From: Tubiluchus corallicola | Lineage: Eukaryota; Animalia; Priapulida | Reading direction: 5' to 3' | DNA: 64,000 nt | Assembly (NCBI GenBank): GCA_030141605.1 | Contig: JAQGDQ010000240.1 | Span: 1-64,000, forward strand | Notes under the pieces: generated by a model | Databases searched by the model: none | Told to the model about the DNA's origin: nothing | What the model saw: the letters and a program-made list of their open reading frames with translations, nothing else | Part shown: positions 35,801 to 48,808 of the stretch, piece by piece | How the letters are laid out: every line of letters starts with the position of its first letter | Position numbering within the stretch: position 1 is the stretch's first letter | Made by a program: the position numbers and the translations under genes

Positions 35801-38381
35801 GTTTGATCCAAGAGCGCCGTGGCAAAGTCTTGACACTTCTTGGCCAATTCCTCATATTCTGACTTGAACTCATTTTCGATCCTGCTTAAGTATTTCAGCT
35901 CCCAGCTCAGCTCAAAAGCGGTCAAGATGGGATCCTTGCTGGACAGTGCAATGAGGCAGGGAGAGGACAAGGCACGGTAAGCGTTGAGGCGGGACCGCGA
36001 GTGACGGAGAGAGTCAGAGGAGTTTTTCTCGGAGCAATCGTTGCAGGCGCACCGGACATCGTGGGGCATGGGGATGTCAGCACCTCTGTCCAAGAGGATC
36101 TTGATGATCTCGTAATTATCCCTGTGAGCAGCAAGTATGATGGGAGTGATGTCGGCGGTGAAAGCACTCTCTCGTTCAGTTGACTGCGGATGAAATTCCT
36201 GAAAAAATGAACCACACTACTGTAAATTATGATTTATTAGTTTACTAATGTACGTGCAAATCAAGTGTTCTTGATTAATTTGAAATTTCACCTAAAAAGT
36301 AACAATTATTTTAATCGTTAAAGTAAATCGCATTTCCAATTCAGTGAGAAAAGCCTTTATTCCACCAGTGCTTTAGGCATCACTGCGTTCCAGGTATCAA
36401 CCTGCTAAAAAATAGTCTGACCTATATTAATGATATAAGGTCTTAATACTTAAAGATTTAATTATCTTAATGGCTTAATGATCTTAGGCCATTATCTTTG
36501 GGATCTTTATCATTAGGATCTTAGCTTGACAAAGTGGTTTTAATGAGTAGAAAGTTAGTGCAATTATTTATTGAATAAATTGTAATTTGTCACCGTAACG
36601 GCTATACGCTATTTCTTTATTACACTGAAATGGGCGTTTGCTAAGCGTTTTAAAGAGGTTTTATGATACGAATGTAATACAAAAAAACAAAGCGTCAAAT
36701 TGTTGACAAGCTTTCTGTTCAAGTGCAGTCATTACACAAACAACAAACAACAGCAAACAACGCGGATTAATTTGTATGCAACTGGATTTAAAATAAAAAA
36801 CAAATAAAAACTGCAAGTCTATCAAATAATAGAAACAATGTTAAGACGCTCTCCATTTTATAACTTTTTTGCAAAATAGTTCAATCCCAGAAATTACATA
36901 GTTAAGTTTTGATAACTTAGAACTGTCAGTCAGGCATGACGAATAAGCTTAATTTACACATAATTCATTCTTCAGCTATAGAAACAATATAAAATTGTGA
37001 GACCAAAAAACATCTCAGAAGTCATTATACGCATTGCTATTTTCCATATTTTTAGTACACGAAGCAAAGTATTTGAAAATAGATGAAACTTTGGAAATCC
37101 TTTTCTTAAGTTGAATGAAACTACTGCACTTGTAGGCTGTCATATTTTCGCTACCTTTTCCAGGGGTCGCAAGAGCCTCAAAAATCTGTCTAACCGTTAG
37201 ACTCTAACGCCAAGTCCGGTCTCTTGCACGAGAAAGTCTCTCACAACACCTTGTTCAAAAACTATATTCGTTATAGTGAGAGAATAGTATGGTTCAAGTG
37301 TACTCTGCTGAACTGCAGCTGGTAACGAAGTGACGTTGAGGCTGATTTTGCACCTCATTTCTAATGTTTCTGTCGTCGCCACAGCAACAGGGTTCGAGTC
37401 AAAAAATACATAAAAAGAATGGCCGAAGGCTTAAAGTAAAAAGATGCGGAAAATATTAAAAACAAAATTAAAAATCAAAGTGTATAGTGAATTGAGACAC
37501 CTTATATTTCAAGATTTTACATTTGTACATGTTTCGTACTAAACCAGTTTAAACGGACATGACTTAGTTGCACAGGCGCCAATTAGACGTTTACAAAAGA
37601 AACATAAGGGTGTGTTCGTATGCATGGTGATTTGTCGACAGCAAAAATACCAGTTGAAAAATAATAGGGCCAACTGCACCTTCTAACTTACAACGGCGGA
37701 GTAATGCACTAATTTGCCTCTTCAGTAATGTCCACTTGCATTTATGACAATCTGTTAGCATAATTGCCAGCTACGCAGCTTTCATGGTACGTCTTGCCTG
37801 CAGTAAAGAATTACTAACTGCAGTCCAAAATCCTGTGTTTGTAAACGAATAATCTACGAAGCAAGCCTTCGGACCACTCAATCGTCACCAATTTGCCTTC
37901 CGTAGGTGGCAAGAAGGGTAAATTTTTTTAGTAAATTCGGTTAACCCTCGCGAAATGGATTACTGCCTATGATAGTCCATGATCAATATTGGTTGATTGA
38001 CGCCGTAAGCGGCAGTCGGCAGATAAACTAACGGTTTCATTTACTAGAGGGCGCATCTAGTATGAGAAAATGACGAGGTTTCACATGATAAACATGGCGA
38101 CGCCCCTGTGATGACTGGGACGAATTAGTTACTGTATCAAGGACTACAGAACATTTTAGTAAAGAATTGCGTATGAGCAAAGATGGAGAAGAATAAAGGG
38201 AGTGTTATCACAAATAAACATATAGCAGTTGGAGAGCTAAGATTATCCCGTTAATGGAAAACTGTGATGATTCTACAGCTGGTTATGATAGCAAGGCAGA
38301 GGACCAATGATGTGTTAAGTCTAGGAGCTTGCTAGGCCTACTAAAGATCTTTGTTAAACAACTAGATCCTAGAACTACAAG

Positions 38382-38442
<61 letters not shown>

Positions 38443-38590
38443 GTCTCTGTCTCTGTCTCTGTCTCTGTCTCTGTCTCTGTCTCTGTCTCTGTCTCTGTCT
38501 CTGTCTCTGTCTCTGTCTCTGTCTCTGTCTCTGTCTCTGTCTCTGTCTCTGTCTCTGTCTCTGTCTCTGTCGTCTCTGTCGTCTCTGTCG

Positions 38591-38657
<67 letters not shown>

Positions 38658-41600
38658 ATTCTCTCTCTCTCGCTTTCTTTTTTGGTCAGAAAGATACTGT
38701 TTAGTCAGAGGGGCAACGTATATAAGATGCTGTGCAGATGTTGTCTAGTGTTATAATAATATAAAATTGGTATAGAAATCCTTTGTAAATATATATGTTC
38801 ATTTTAATGTCTTTTTTCATGGCAACGGGAACCTAGCTGACGCACAGCTTCCAGCAACTAAATTACGGACACATCTCAATCACTTAGCAACGCTATTCGG
38901 CGTTAAATAATCTAGTATTTGCGCGATTTACTAGCCTGGCAATGATGTGATTTGTGAAGCAATTTAAAGGTGAGAAGTTAAAAAAAACCAAAGCTCTAAG
39001 AAAATCAGATAACTGTCAAGTCTATGCTGTCACAAAATTACACTTAACGCTATCGTTTTCTTGTAGTGATAGCTAGTTTATAAAACTACAACCTTTTACA
39101 TACGTCACTCTTTATTTGAAAAAATTACAACTCTCAAACAAGTGAAGCCAATGAAAATCCATTTTTGCCTATTTGCAAAAACGCTTCTTAGTTTTCCAGA
39201 CAAAAATTATTCAGCTAACATCATATTGAATAGATGGTCCATAAAATCAACGTATTTTACAAGTGTTGTAGTCAACCCACGTTAAAAATAAATATAGGTT
39301 ATAATAATAAGACACAGATAAGTGAAGGAAGAAAGGTGAGTGGAAATGGTATAAAGCACGAAGACCTGTGTTCCACACCGGTATTTACCCATATTTAAAC
39401 GTTACTAGCAGGGGTCTGACGAAATTAATGCATATTATAGGGAAATAAAGAAAATTATATGAGAAAGCTGTGTTTTAAATTGGTCATTTAAAAACTACAG
39501 CTCTGCTCGAAGTATTGCGGCTGCTAATTTTTGCAAGATCTTACAAGTCACCAAATTTGGCATAGGTCTGTATATTTGGGAGTGCAGCCTTTGATAAACT
39601 GCCTGCACAAAAACTTGAAAAATCAATCTTGGTGAAGATTACTTGCTCACGCATAATGTTAACCAGTCAAATTTTGACAACTTTAAAAGCCCTAATCTCT
39701 TGAATTTCCGAAAAGTACACAGCAAATATGACATGGCATATTCAAGTTTTGTTCCGTGAATGGAGTTGCGGTGCGTCACGGTGTCAAACTTACTTTGCTG
39801 ACCAACAAAGCATTCCCTAGCGTCATTTCTTGTCCACTACGCCACCATAAAATTATCTTTTAAAATCATTATAGGTTCATAAATTAATTCTTAATTACAG
39901 GAATAACAACAATGAATTAAAAAGTCCAACAATTAAAAAACAAGGATAAAAGAAAAAAACACGTTTCAAACAGCCAGAGTAGTAGTTTATCTGCAGGTGA
40001 AAAAGTGCAAAAATTATATGAATATATGTTATTACTAATATGTTAATTTTTTTGGGTTTTTTATTTTTCTTATAAACACGTGAAGATATCGCACTAAAGG
40101 TTGAAAAGGATAGAAAAAACACAGGAGTACAAAATCAAACAGAAACTAGAATCTTTACTAGTTTCTGTTGTTCCCACTCTGTACTATGACAGTGATCAGT
40201 GATTTTATACTTCTATTTCTCCCTTGCGTTTTTTATTTGCTGTGTTTCTGTGTTTTTCCATGTGATTGTACCTTTTTAGAGTGATATCATTGGGTGTTTC
40301 TAAAATAAAAAATTAAAATACAGTATTAGTAATTACGTGTAATAATGTGTACATTTTCACCTGTAGATAAACTGCAGTGGCAATTTAAAACGCTGAGTTT
40401 CTGTTTATTTTTTCTTGTTTTTTAATTGTTTGACTTTTTAAATATTCGTGATAGTTTACTCAACAAAATGCGGGAACCATCTGCAACAGTTCAATTTTAA
40501 ACTTCACCTCATTTCATAAGCAATTAAACATTAATGGGCTATACTTTAAAAGACACTAGCTTGTCCTTAAAAATTAATATGTCATTTTTGACCATGGCGG
40601 GATGTATTTTCCCACACTATCCTACACAGCAAAGTGTTTAATTATGTCGCCATCTATCGAAAATATAATGAAATAAAGAGCTAATTGTCTTTTAGTAATA
40701 ATAAATTCACATCATAATAAATTTTTGTAAAAATGAAACTTGACAAAATCACAGTAATTAATATCCACATTACTGATAACTGTAGCTGTTGCTATACACA
40801 ATATGCAAATAAAATTTAAGGCACAAATTGTAAAAAAATCAGAAGCTAACAAAGTGCAGTAACATAATAAAAAAACGTTGGCTAAGAAGTTTCATGCATG
40901 ACTGTAAAACACTGAATAGATCTCTGATAACTCATCCAGAAAATTTGAATTTCTCGCATAACTATTCTTTTCTACATAGTGATAATATATGTACAAAGAT
41001 TAAAAGATAATACTAATATTAAATTATCCGTACAAAAAGATTAACTGAAGTTTTATTATGGTGTATTCAAGGAAAAGTAGAGAATTGAATAAACGGATTA
41101 TAGCTCTACCAAAAAGTTTCATACAGAAAATATCAGTCCGCCCGTAAAATAGGCTTGCATTTTTTCTACATTCTAAATCTACAAAATCACGCATAAAATA
41201 AAAAGTAAAGCAAAGTTACAAAATCAAAACAAGCTAAAAACAATCCAAAACACGAAATGCAACAAAATCAGTAAAACTGAACACCAAGCGGGATGGGTTT
41301 TTAAAAATGATTGCAAAGTGCAAATTCAAAAATCAGGGTAAAATGCCTTCAGCTTGGGGCATAGATCTAAATCTTATGCAAAATCCAGATCTATGGTCTG
41401 GCAGCTGAAGTATGACATCACACCACTAACCTGACTGAGACTCCCTAATGATTCTGACGGTCTCAGCAGAAAATTCTTCAAGGTAGTCTGTAAGACAGAG
41501 GGATACAGCATAGTACTATGATAATTACAGCTGATAAGCTGACAACCACATTAATAATTATAAAAAAGAAGTTATAGATCTAGTGACGAAAAGCAGGTAA

Positions 41601-44600
41601 AATTGCTGTATCTCTGGCATGATTTAAATTAAAAGTAAAAGGCAAACTGATTAAAGCGAAACAAAATAAAACAAATAAACTAAAAGGTTCTTAACAAGCA
41701 GAACAAAATAATTATCAGTAAGCAGAAAAAATTAAGAACGTAATAATAATTTTATAACCAAACCTAATGTTATTTCAATGAGCGTTGTAATGAACTGTTG
41801 TTCTTTTTACCCTCCCTTAAAAATCAAGTAGGCCCATTGGTAATTGTCTGAACTGATATTTAGAAAAGTGAATTATTATTTACTAAGTATTAAGTAATGC
41901 AAATAAACCAAAAATAGTGCACCTATTTAACAAAATGATAAACAGGCAATATGAACTAAGCAAACATAAACAACAGACTCATTTTTTATTTGTCCTTGTC
42001 TGTTCAAGTTTCATAGTGAAGTGATAAATGAGATACGTATCAAGTGCTTTGAGCAAAGAATCGTTGTGATTTAGTTGAATGTAGGCAGAAAAACAGAACG
42101 AAAGATGACGTTCCGCGATATTACAATTAATGTGAAGTATCTGCTACACCAAGTGAAAAAGATGTCAACTGAAATCACGGAGCTCAGCATTATAACATTA
42201 TGGCGCATTCAGACGTAGAGACTTCTCTCGCAACTTGTACTTGTGTGCACGTGTGAACGGCTTGGCAACTTTACTCTCAGAGAGAAGTTGCGTCACAAGT
42301 GTCACAAATGTCTAAACGCGCCATTAGCTGAAGCGAACATGCGCAAACAAAGAAATAAAATAACCTTCAAAAAGCCCAAAAAGTGTTCTATAGGAGGAAC
42401 TTTAGGATGAATTTTAAAAAACTAAAAGCAATAATAATGAATTAGAGTTTTTGACAAATTTTAAGTGAAAAACGTTTAATGGCCCTTCCGTCTGACCTTC
42501 TCTATTTTTAGTGAAAAAAAGTAATGTGTCGGTTTAAATTAAAAATATTTTTTACAAAATTTTCAAGTGCAAAAAACTGAAAACTCCTGCTAATTAGTTC
42601 AAAAATAATTTGCTACGAATTTCGAGAAACTGAGCACTTGGGGAAGACGAATTTTCCTATGGCCACTGAAAACTTATAACATGAAAAAAATGAACTAAAT
42701 CTTGTCATTTCACAAACTGTCAAGCATGCGCGCAGTAAACGTCAATGCCATGCAATATATAGATGCTGAATAGATGCTAAGCCATTTTATAACCCGAGGA
42801 AAGGTATAACCCAGTTCATGATGCATGATAGTACAAAGTATTATACGAAAACTTGCATAATTTGTCACGTAATGGCACTTTCAGAGCTGCGAATTATGAA
42901 GATGCATGAGCTTAACATAATTACTTATTCATATGACATATTTGGAAAGGATAAAAACCATCTAAGTTCCTAATATTAGCACTCAGTTCTAAGTAGGGCC
43001 GTGGACCTAATGTTAATGCACATGTTACATGCAATGTGTAAAATTCAGACATTTTATAAAATTGCTAGCCATGTCATATAACGCCTATAGATGTATTTCG
43101 AGAAAAGTACGAAATAATTGCTTTTCCTACATCTCTTTGACACTTTACCTAGGCGTTTTTATAATAGCTATTCAAGAGAACATTACTTAAGATTAGTTAA
43201 TATATATTAAGATCAATGTTTTATTTTAACTTTTCCTAGATATTTTACACACTTACTAGGCATTAAATCGAATGCTTAAAACAGCTTAAGCAATGTATTC
43301 AATTAAGAAAGCAGTTGAAGAAAGTCGGTGAGTAAATCGCTTTTTTGGCAGTGGATGGAGCGTCACCATCTCTGGCAAGCCCCTTGACCAGGTGGGCCAA
43401 TTTCCACATTTAGGAAGGCTGGTCAGACACAGGAAAAGGGCCAACGAACAAGCGAACGACCGTATTAATCTCACAAATTTCCAAGTACGTTGAAACTTAA
43501 TTTATTTTACATATTCCCTAAAATGTAATTGGAATTACATGAAATGCTAGGAAATTTATCAAAACAATTGACAGTAATTTTATTTTTGCACTAACTAAAA
43601 TTTATTCGAGCGTTCCACAAAATGCCCAGGAAAAGTATATTCAACATCTAAGAATTATATAATTTGCCTAAACAGACTTTTGCATTACATATTTTGCACA
43701 AGAAAAGTATAGAAGAAATTATGTTAGACGCTTTGCCTTATATTTATATATATATTATATTAATTCTTTATTTGTCATAAAAACGGTTCCCTCATTATAA
43801 TAAAATTGAGTTAGCCTCAGCGTAATGTTAAAATAACAACACTGTTCAAGACAAATGCGTCCAGTGCATACTAAAAAAACTAAAGTGCAAACTATATACA
43901 ATATAATGAACATATTTACAAATACCATATTAAAATATTTTTACAAACAATTATAGGAAAGTACATTAAATTTTACATTACATAGTGCACACTATTTATA
44001 CATTTAACATTACGAAACACGAAACTAACATAACACGTATTACATTACATAATTTTTTTTAAAAAATTTCATTTTTAATCATTATATGGAGTCAGGGGCG
44101 CGGGTATATGAAAGTGGAGTCCGTGTAATTAGTATCAGATGCACAATGTGGAAGTTGAAACCTGTTATATTGATATTCTTTTATGTTTTGGCACTCCACA
44201 AAATATCTAGGCACTCTGTAGAATGCCGGTTTCACTTTGCCTGTAAAATGTACACAGGGCAAGTGAAATAACTGAGTAATCATGATGAATAGTTGACGAC
44301 TGAAATTAAGCGACAAAAGTTAATGGATCGGTGACCCGATAGGAAAACTTCTTCAGGCCGGTTTTGTCTGCCATACTGATCTATATTATCTGCCTTGTTG
44401 AAGGAACGTGGCACATCGCAGAACTTGCTAAGAGAACATGACTGATACTGTATTAGTTTTTGAATTTCAGATTGCAGGAAATTTCATAATTATTTAAAAT
44501 AAGTATATATGTAACCGCTGAGTGACAACCATTAGCTTACTGAGCGACTAACTAAAGTGAAAAACAAAACAGAGAAGGAAGCAGTGGAACCCGAAATTTA

Positions 44601-47600
44601 AAAAGTAAATGAATATATACAGCTGTAATATCATATCACTAGACTAAATAAATCACCTTTCCAAGACTGTTTTACTCAGTTTGTCAATAGCATGTTTATT
44701 TTTAACAGCATTTTACACAAATTGCTTTAAAAGTTAATAAAAATAAGGAAGGAACTTTCTCGAAATAGACTACTAATTATCAACGTGTTCTCATCTTGAG
44801 TAATTTAAGCCTTCAAAACCAGTAACTGAAGTGTATATAATGATTCTCACCTGTGAGCCTTTAAGATCTCGCCGCTTTTCCTCTTCATAGTTGAGAATCA
44901 TCTCTACAGCTTCCACATTCTCCTCACTAATGAGAAAAAAGGAAAAAAATGGAAGTAATTTATTAAATAAAAATGCCCTAAACAAGGTTGGTAGTTATCA
45001 AAGATAGAAACATGAATTGAGACTTCAGAAAAATTTAATTTTTATTATTAATTTGCTGATGATTGAAGATACACAACGACATTTTTCTTGGTGCAAAGAA
45101 GATTTTAGTTAACAGGGAAAAACTCCGCAGATAATTGACTCACGGAACAAAACTGGAATTATAAATTGTCATTCTGCATCTAGAAATATTCGGGTAAAAT
45201 TTGAAATTGCTTAAAAGTGCTGCGACCCAACTATCGGCGTTTAGGACTCAATAAGGACGGATCTTGTAAGGAGCTTCCCTTAAAGTAGTGATAAAAAAAG
45301 CTTAACGTGGCTTCGATGAGTAAGAGATTACAGGATAGATCCCAAATCATTAAAATCAGTCTGGGTGGAGGATATTAATTATTATGATGAGTATGATAAG
45401 CCACGATATTTTTCTTCTGTTTCTTCTGTCTTTTTCCTATTTTGTTTGTGCATTCGTCCACTCATTGATTCACTACTAAGCCCCTGACACAACACAAACA
45501 ACAACAAACACAACAAATGGCAATAATTTCTTTGAATTCCAAGGCTTCCAAATTTTCTGACGAAGTCTAGCTAATCTAATTTGTCACATCAGTTAAAACA
45601 CCCACCTCGGAAATCATAAAGCTAATATAGTTTCAGAACTATGTGGTAGCCTTAGTTTACATTAAGTAATTGGCGATATTGTTCTTAACCTGAGGTCGAT
45701 CTAAGGTCACTAGCATAAATCAGGTTCCCTACTAATTACTAGTAAAGGATGGCGTGCAATTTCACACTGTGCAGACCGGGTTTTTATTTTACTTACAAAA
45801 GCTTAGTGTGAAGTCTTCCCGTAATGAGCTTTTCTAAGAGAAATTCTAGCCGTTTTAATGGCGTTTCCGTTCAAGTAACGCTACGGACAAAATTCTCAGT
45901 TTCTTGACAGAATAATTGTTACGTGGAAACTTACAGCTAGCTGCTGTTATTAAACTCCAAGTCGACATTCGCAATTGATGCTGAGTGAACACAACTGGTA
46001 AATTAAAATAAACGCTCTTTTAACTGAACTAACGCTTTCTTAGTTTTTTGCAAGTAAATTTTCATGAGAAATTATTCCGAAGGTAGGTTTGATGCATTAC
46101 TTAATAGGAGTTATTGCAAATCACACAACCAGCTTAAAAATCCCACATTTTTAACTGCTCTCAGAGCGAATAAAAATTGCAACTTGTGTGCGATATTGTG
46201 GAGCATCTTTCTTAAATTACTTACATTTTATTTTAGTTGCTCGTAATTATTTTCAATTGTTAATGGATGGTAGTCATAGCAGCTACGACACTTATTTTTT
46301 GCCGCTTAGCCCAAGAGGAGACGAATTAAATTCTATGCAAAAATTTTATATTCCAACAACACATTACAAATTACAATAATTATACTTGCCACTGTTATGT
46401 AAGACAATTATCACAAATTTTATTATTACTATTACTATATTACTATTATAATAACACCCAAAAAGATTGGTCTCGTGGATATTAAATGGGGTGTCATTTT
46501 TATTGTCCTCCATCTCAGCGCTGCCATGCTTAAATGAGCTCTTCCGCACAAGGACTCTTCTCCTTGAAGTTCCTTCTCCACGCGAAACGCACGAGGTATA
46601 ACCACGTATGAAACACGGCATTTCTTTCTCTAGATGTAGCATTTAACGAGGTATTTGTAACAAGAAGCGGACACCTAGCGCAGGTATATATAATTAGATT
46701 TACGAAAATCTGATAGCCTGTCATTGTGGCTCACTGAGTATACGGTAACCTTAGAAGTAAGCAATGCTCGCCACCTCAATTATGGTTTATTACAGCGATA
46801 TGCTTCCCAATAAGAGAAGGTATTGCCTTTTGATGGTCATTGGCTAACGTCTTTAAGCCAGGCTCTGCCACTTCTGCATACTAGCACGTGATTTGGGCTT
46901 GTGTGTCTGTTTGTGGTTTATTTGTTTACTCGCTTGGTTGGTTGTTTTCTTTTGTTTTTTGCCGTTCATTCGATTTCAACAAAACTTTTAATATAGCCCT
47001 TTCTCTGTGTTTAATATAACGTTCGGTTCCTAAACTGCAAATCGAGAATGAAACGCCCCAAGCAGTATTTGCTGAACTAACAAAAGTAAAACGACTAGCA
47101 AGTATCTAGTAAGGTGAATACTGATTATGTAAGCCCCCTTTGCAGCTACAGTGACCATTCAAATATTTTTTGAAATTAACTCGACCTTTACGCGGTATTC
47201 TCAAGCAGTACTTCGCTTCGTTTAAACGTAGTTGCCCTAAATCCCAATTTTGTAAGAGATAGCAAATTAGCAACAGAGAGATAATATTCAAAATAATTCT
47301 ATTGCAGCCACTTTTGTGGAATGACCTTTTCGCCAAGTAAACAACATGCAGTGTAACAACTATTGCGCTGCTAAAGCATCAAAGGGATTTTCCTCATTGT
47401 ATAAACCTACCTTATAGCATGTAATAAGGCATCGCCGAGTTCCACATTGTGATGTAGAAGCAATTCTAGCATTTCCATGTTCTCATTTTCAATGGCAATG
47501 AGAAGGGCTGATCTACCGAGCGGATCAACACAATTGATGTTGATGTGGTAGCTAGTGAGAGAGTCTTGCAGAAACTGCTTAACCTGAAAAGCACAAAGAA

Positions 47601-48772
47601 ATAAAAATCTTCCCAACATAAAAACATCGGAAAACGTTAAACCTCTTTTAGCTCCATTAATATTACAACGACGGTCAGATGTTAAACTTAAATGTATTGA
47701 TCACCAAGACACCAGAGGGTATCATATCAACTGTCTTATGTTGTTTGCTTATGACTTAATTAAGATAGTTTTTTGGAAATAAGTTAAAGACAACAATGTA
47801 AAATAAAATCTCAGACACATCAAGACCATCCTGACCCAAGATAGCTTTCTCCATCAACATGTTGGTCAAAAACGTTGACGTCTGCTAAAAGGGCTTTCCA
47901 TATACCAATTTTGTATTCATCGTGTAGAGTAAATTTTAAACGCTGTGCGAAATCACAAGAGTTAATAAGCGCATATTCGTGATAATCAACGTGACTATGG
48001 AATATGGTTGACAACTAATTGCGAAACGAAAACGAAACTTCATTTCTATTATTTCAGAAATTAAACTACTTTTCGTTGTGTGTCATGATTTATAGTATTA
48101 TTTGTATTAATTTGTGAGGTGTATATGAACTTTGTAAAGTTTGAAATAAAAGATTAGATCAAATCAAAATCCGTCAGTCAGTCAGTCAGTCAGTCAGTCA
48201 GAAAAATTAGATACATTGGGCATAAAATTCTGTATCAAAGAAGATAATAATTATAGCCTAAACATACTTGTGGATGTGTGTTTTAGTGTTTATACTTGAA
48301 TATGCCTGTTATTTTTTATCGTTGCGAAATTTTCTAATTTTTATGCATTTATTTACTTCCTTTTGTAACATTTTCGTATAGTTGTTGTTGGTTCTGTATC
48401 GAATATGAACATTATGAACATTCAAATAAAATATTAAATCTAAAAATCTAAAATCAGTCAGTCAGACAGGCAGGCAGACAGTAAGACAATCAGTAAATTA
48501 GTTTATACGAATCAATTAGTCAGTCACGTAGTTAGCCAATTAGCCAGCAAGCCAGCCTGCCAGTTAGTTTGTCAAAAATCTGCCAGCAGAACTTATTTTA
48601 TATTTATTTTTTCGAGTTCATTTGCTTTCTGTTTTCGTTCTCTTACCTTGGGCATATCACCATGCTCCACGGCGAGGAGGAACCTCTTCTCCTCTATAGT
48701 CAGATCCCTCTCCTTCCGTACCATGTTCATGCTAATGACGTCACCGTCACCTTCTCCACTCTCCGAATCCAT
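26069..48772 (-). CDS. TRPC: Canonical TRP channel (TRPC family, TRP-gamma-like), about 1050 aa, 14 coding exons
   Basis: Exons 48772(ATG; acceptor at 48808)-48647, 47583-47411, 44926-44851, 36198-35665, 35118-35029, 32992-32848, 32067-32020, 31374(or 31408)-31279, 30374-30235, 29870-29509, 29038-28843, 28154-27960, 27589-27361 and 26817-26069. Motifs: ankyrin repeats ([36 protein letters not shown]), Zn motif [33 protein letters not shown], pore [23 protein letters not shown] box EWKFAR and coiled coil [13 protein letters not shown]. Confidence 0.95.
27361..27589 (-). CDS. TRPC: TRPC exon (CIRB/coiled coil)
   Basis: TTTGCAG|KIVRK...[14 protein letters not shown]...[22 protein letters not shown]...A|GTAAGT. 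Confidence 0.93.
27960..28154 (-). CDS. TRPC: TRPC exon (TRP box)
   Basis: TTGCAG|[37 protein letters not shown]...|GTAAGT. Confidence 0.95.
28321..28600 (+). mobile_element. tRNA-derived SINE-like element in TRPC intron
   Basis: Pol III A-box TAGCCCAGTGG (28338-28348) and B-box GGTTCGATTC (28366-28375), followed by a GC-richer body; no full cloverleaf. Confidence 0.55.
28843..29038 (-). CDS. TRPC: TRPC exon (pore helix, S6)
   Basis: TTTCAG|[19 protein letters not shown]...[19 protein letters not shown]|GTAAGT. Confidence 0.95.
29509..29870 (-). CDS. TRPC: TRPC exon (S4-S5)
   Basis: TTTTTAG|VENEKV...[21 protein letters not shown]...[15 protein letters not shown]...AA|GTGAGT. Confidence 0.95.
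30235..30374 (-). CDS. TRPC: TRPC exon (S2-S3)
   Basis: TTCTAG|[15 protein letters not shown]...[25 protein letters not shown]|GTAAGT. Confidence 0.93.
31279..31374 (-). CDS. TRPC: TRPC exon (S1-S2 loop, S2); 5' boundary ambiguous
   Basis: [32 protein letters not shown]|GTAAGA; acceptor is either AAG|31374 (phase-compatible) or TAG|31408. Confidence 0.8.
32020..32067 (-). CDS. TRPC: TRPC short exon (end of S1)
   Basis: TTTCAG|(F)[16 protein letters not shown]|GTAAGT. Confidence 0.85.
32848..32992 (-). CDS. TRPC: TRPC exon (pre-S1/S1)
   Basis: TTACAG|[15 protein letters not shown]...[19 protein letters not shown]|GTAAGT. Confidence 0.92.
35029..35118 (-). CDS. TRPC: TRPC exon
   Basis: TTTAG|[30 protein letters not shown]|GTAAAA. 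Confidence 0.92.
35665..36198 (-). CDS. TRPC: TRPC exon (ankyrin 4, Zn-binding TRP_2 region)
   Basis: TTTTCAG|EFHPQ...[16 protein letters not shown]...[12 protein letters not shown]|GTTAGT. Confidence 0.95.
38384..38670. repeat. Compound (CT)n/(CTCTGT)n microsatellite
   Basis: Directly visible. Confidence 0.97.
39910..40448. mobile_element. Long degenerate inverted repeat (MITE/foldback) in TRPC intron
   Basis: aaaagtccaacaattaaaaaacaag pairs with cttgttttttaattgtttgactttt; gtttatctgcaggtgaaaa pairs with ttttcacctgtagataaac; internal hairpin aacagaaactag/ctagtttctgtt. Confidence 0.7.
42198..42327. mobile_element. Small MITE-like element
   Basis: Terminal tatggcgcattcagacg is complementary, with mismatches, to tgtctaaacgcgccatta. 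Confidence 0.45.
43757..43978 (-). mobile_element. Dispersed repeat, probable retroposon 3' end (copy 2)
   Basis: agcctcagcgtaatgttaa..ataacaacactgttcaagacaaatgcgtccagtgca matches 20566-20621 in inverted orientation. Confidence 0.75.
44851..44926 (-). CDS. TRPC: TRPC exon
   Basis: CATTAG|[26 protein letters not shown]|GTGAGA. Confidence 0.88.
47411..47583 (-). CDS. TRPC: TRPC ankyrin exon
   Basis: TTTTCAG|VKQFL...[20 protein letters not shown]...DALLHAI AG|GTAGGT. Confidence 0.93.
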
Positions 48773-48808
48773 CTTGGAGCGGAACACCTCTCCCACCAGC
48801 GTATCAAA
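48647..48808 (-). CDS. TRPC: TRPC first recognisable coding exon
   Basis: TTTTTTAG|TTT GAT...; first ATG at 48772; [19 protein letters not shown]|GTAAGA. The true start may lie further upstream. Confidence 0.85.

Noticed and set aside
38041-38056. CTCF-like motif ACTAGAGGGCGC
   Set aside because: Partial match expected by chance in 64 kb; cannot be supported from sequence alone
43350-43440. GC-richer intronic patch with an acceptor-like site that would be a poison exon (CCT TCC TAA)
   Set aside because: Weak donor, no independent support, and the flanking exons already join in frame
46364-46642. 92-aa minus-strand ORF with CFIRGY, faintly like transposon-associated HIRAN proteins
   Set aside because: Only a five- to six-residue resemblance; the downstream motif is absent
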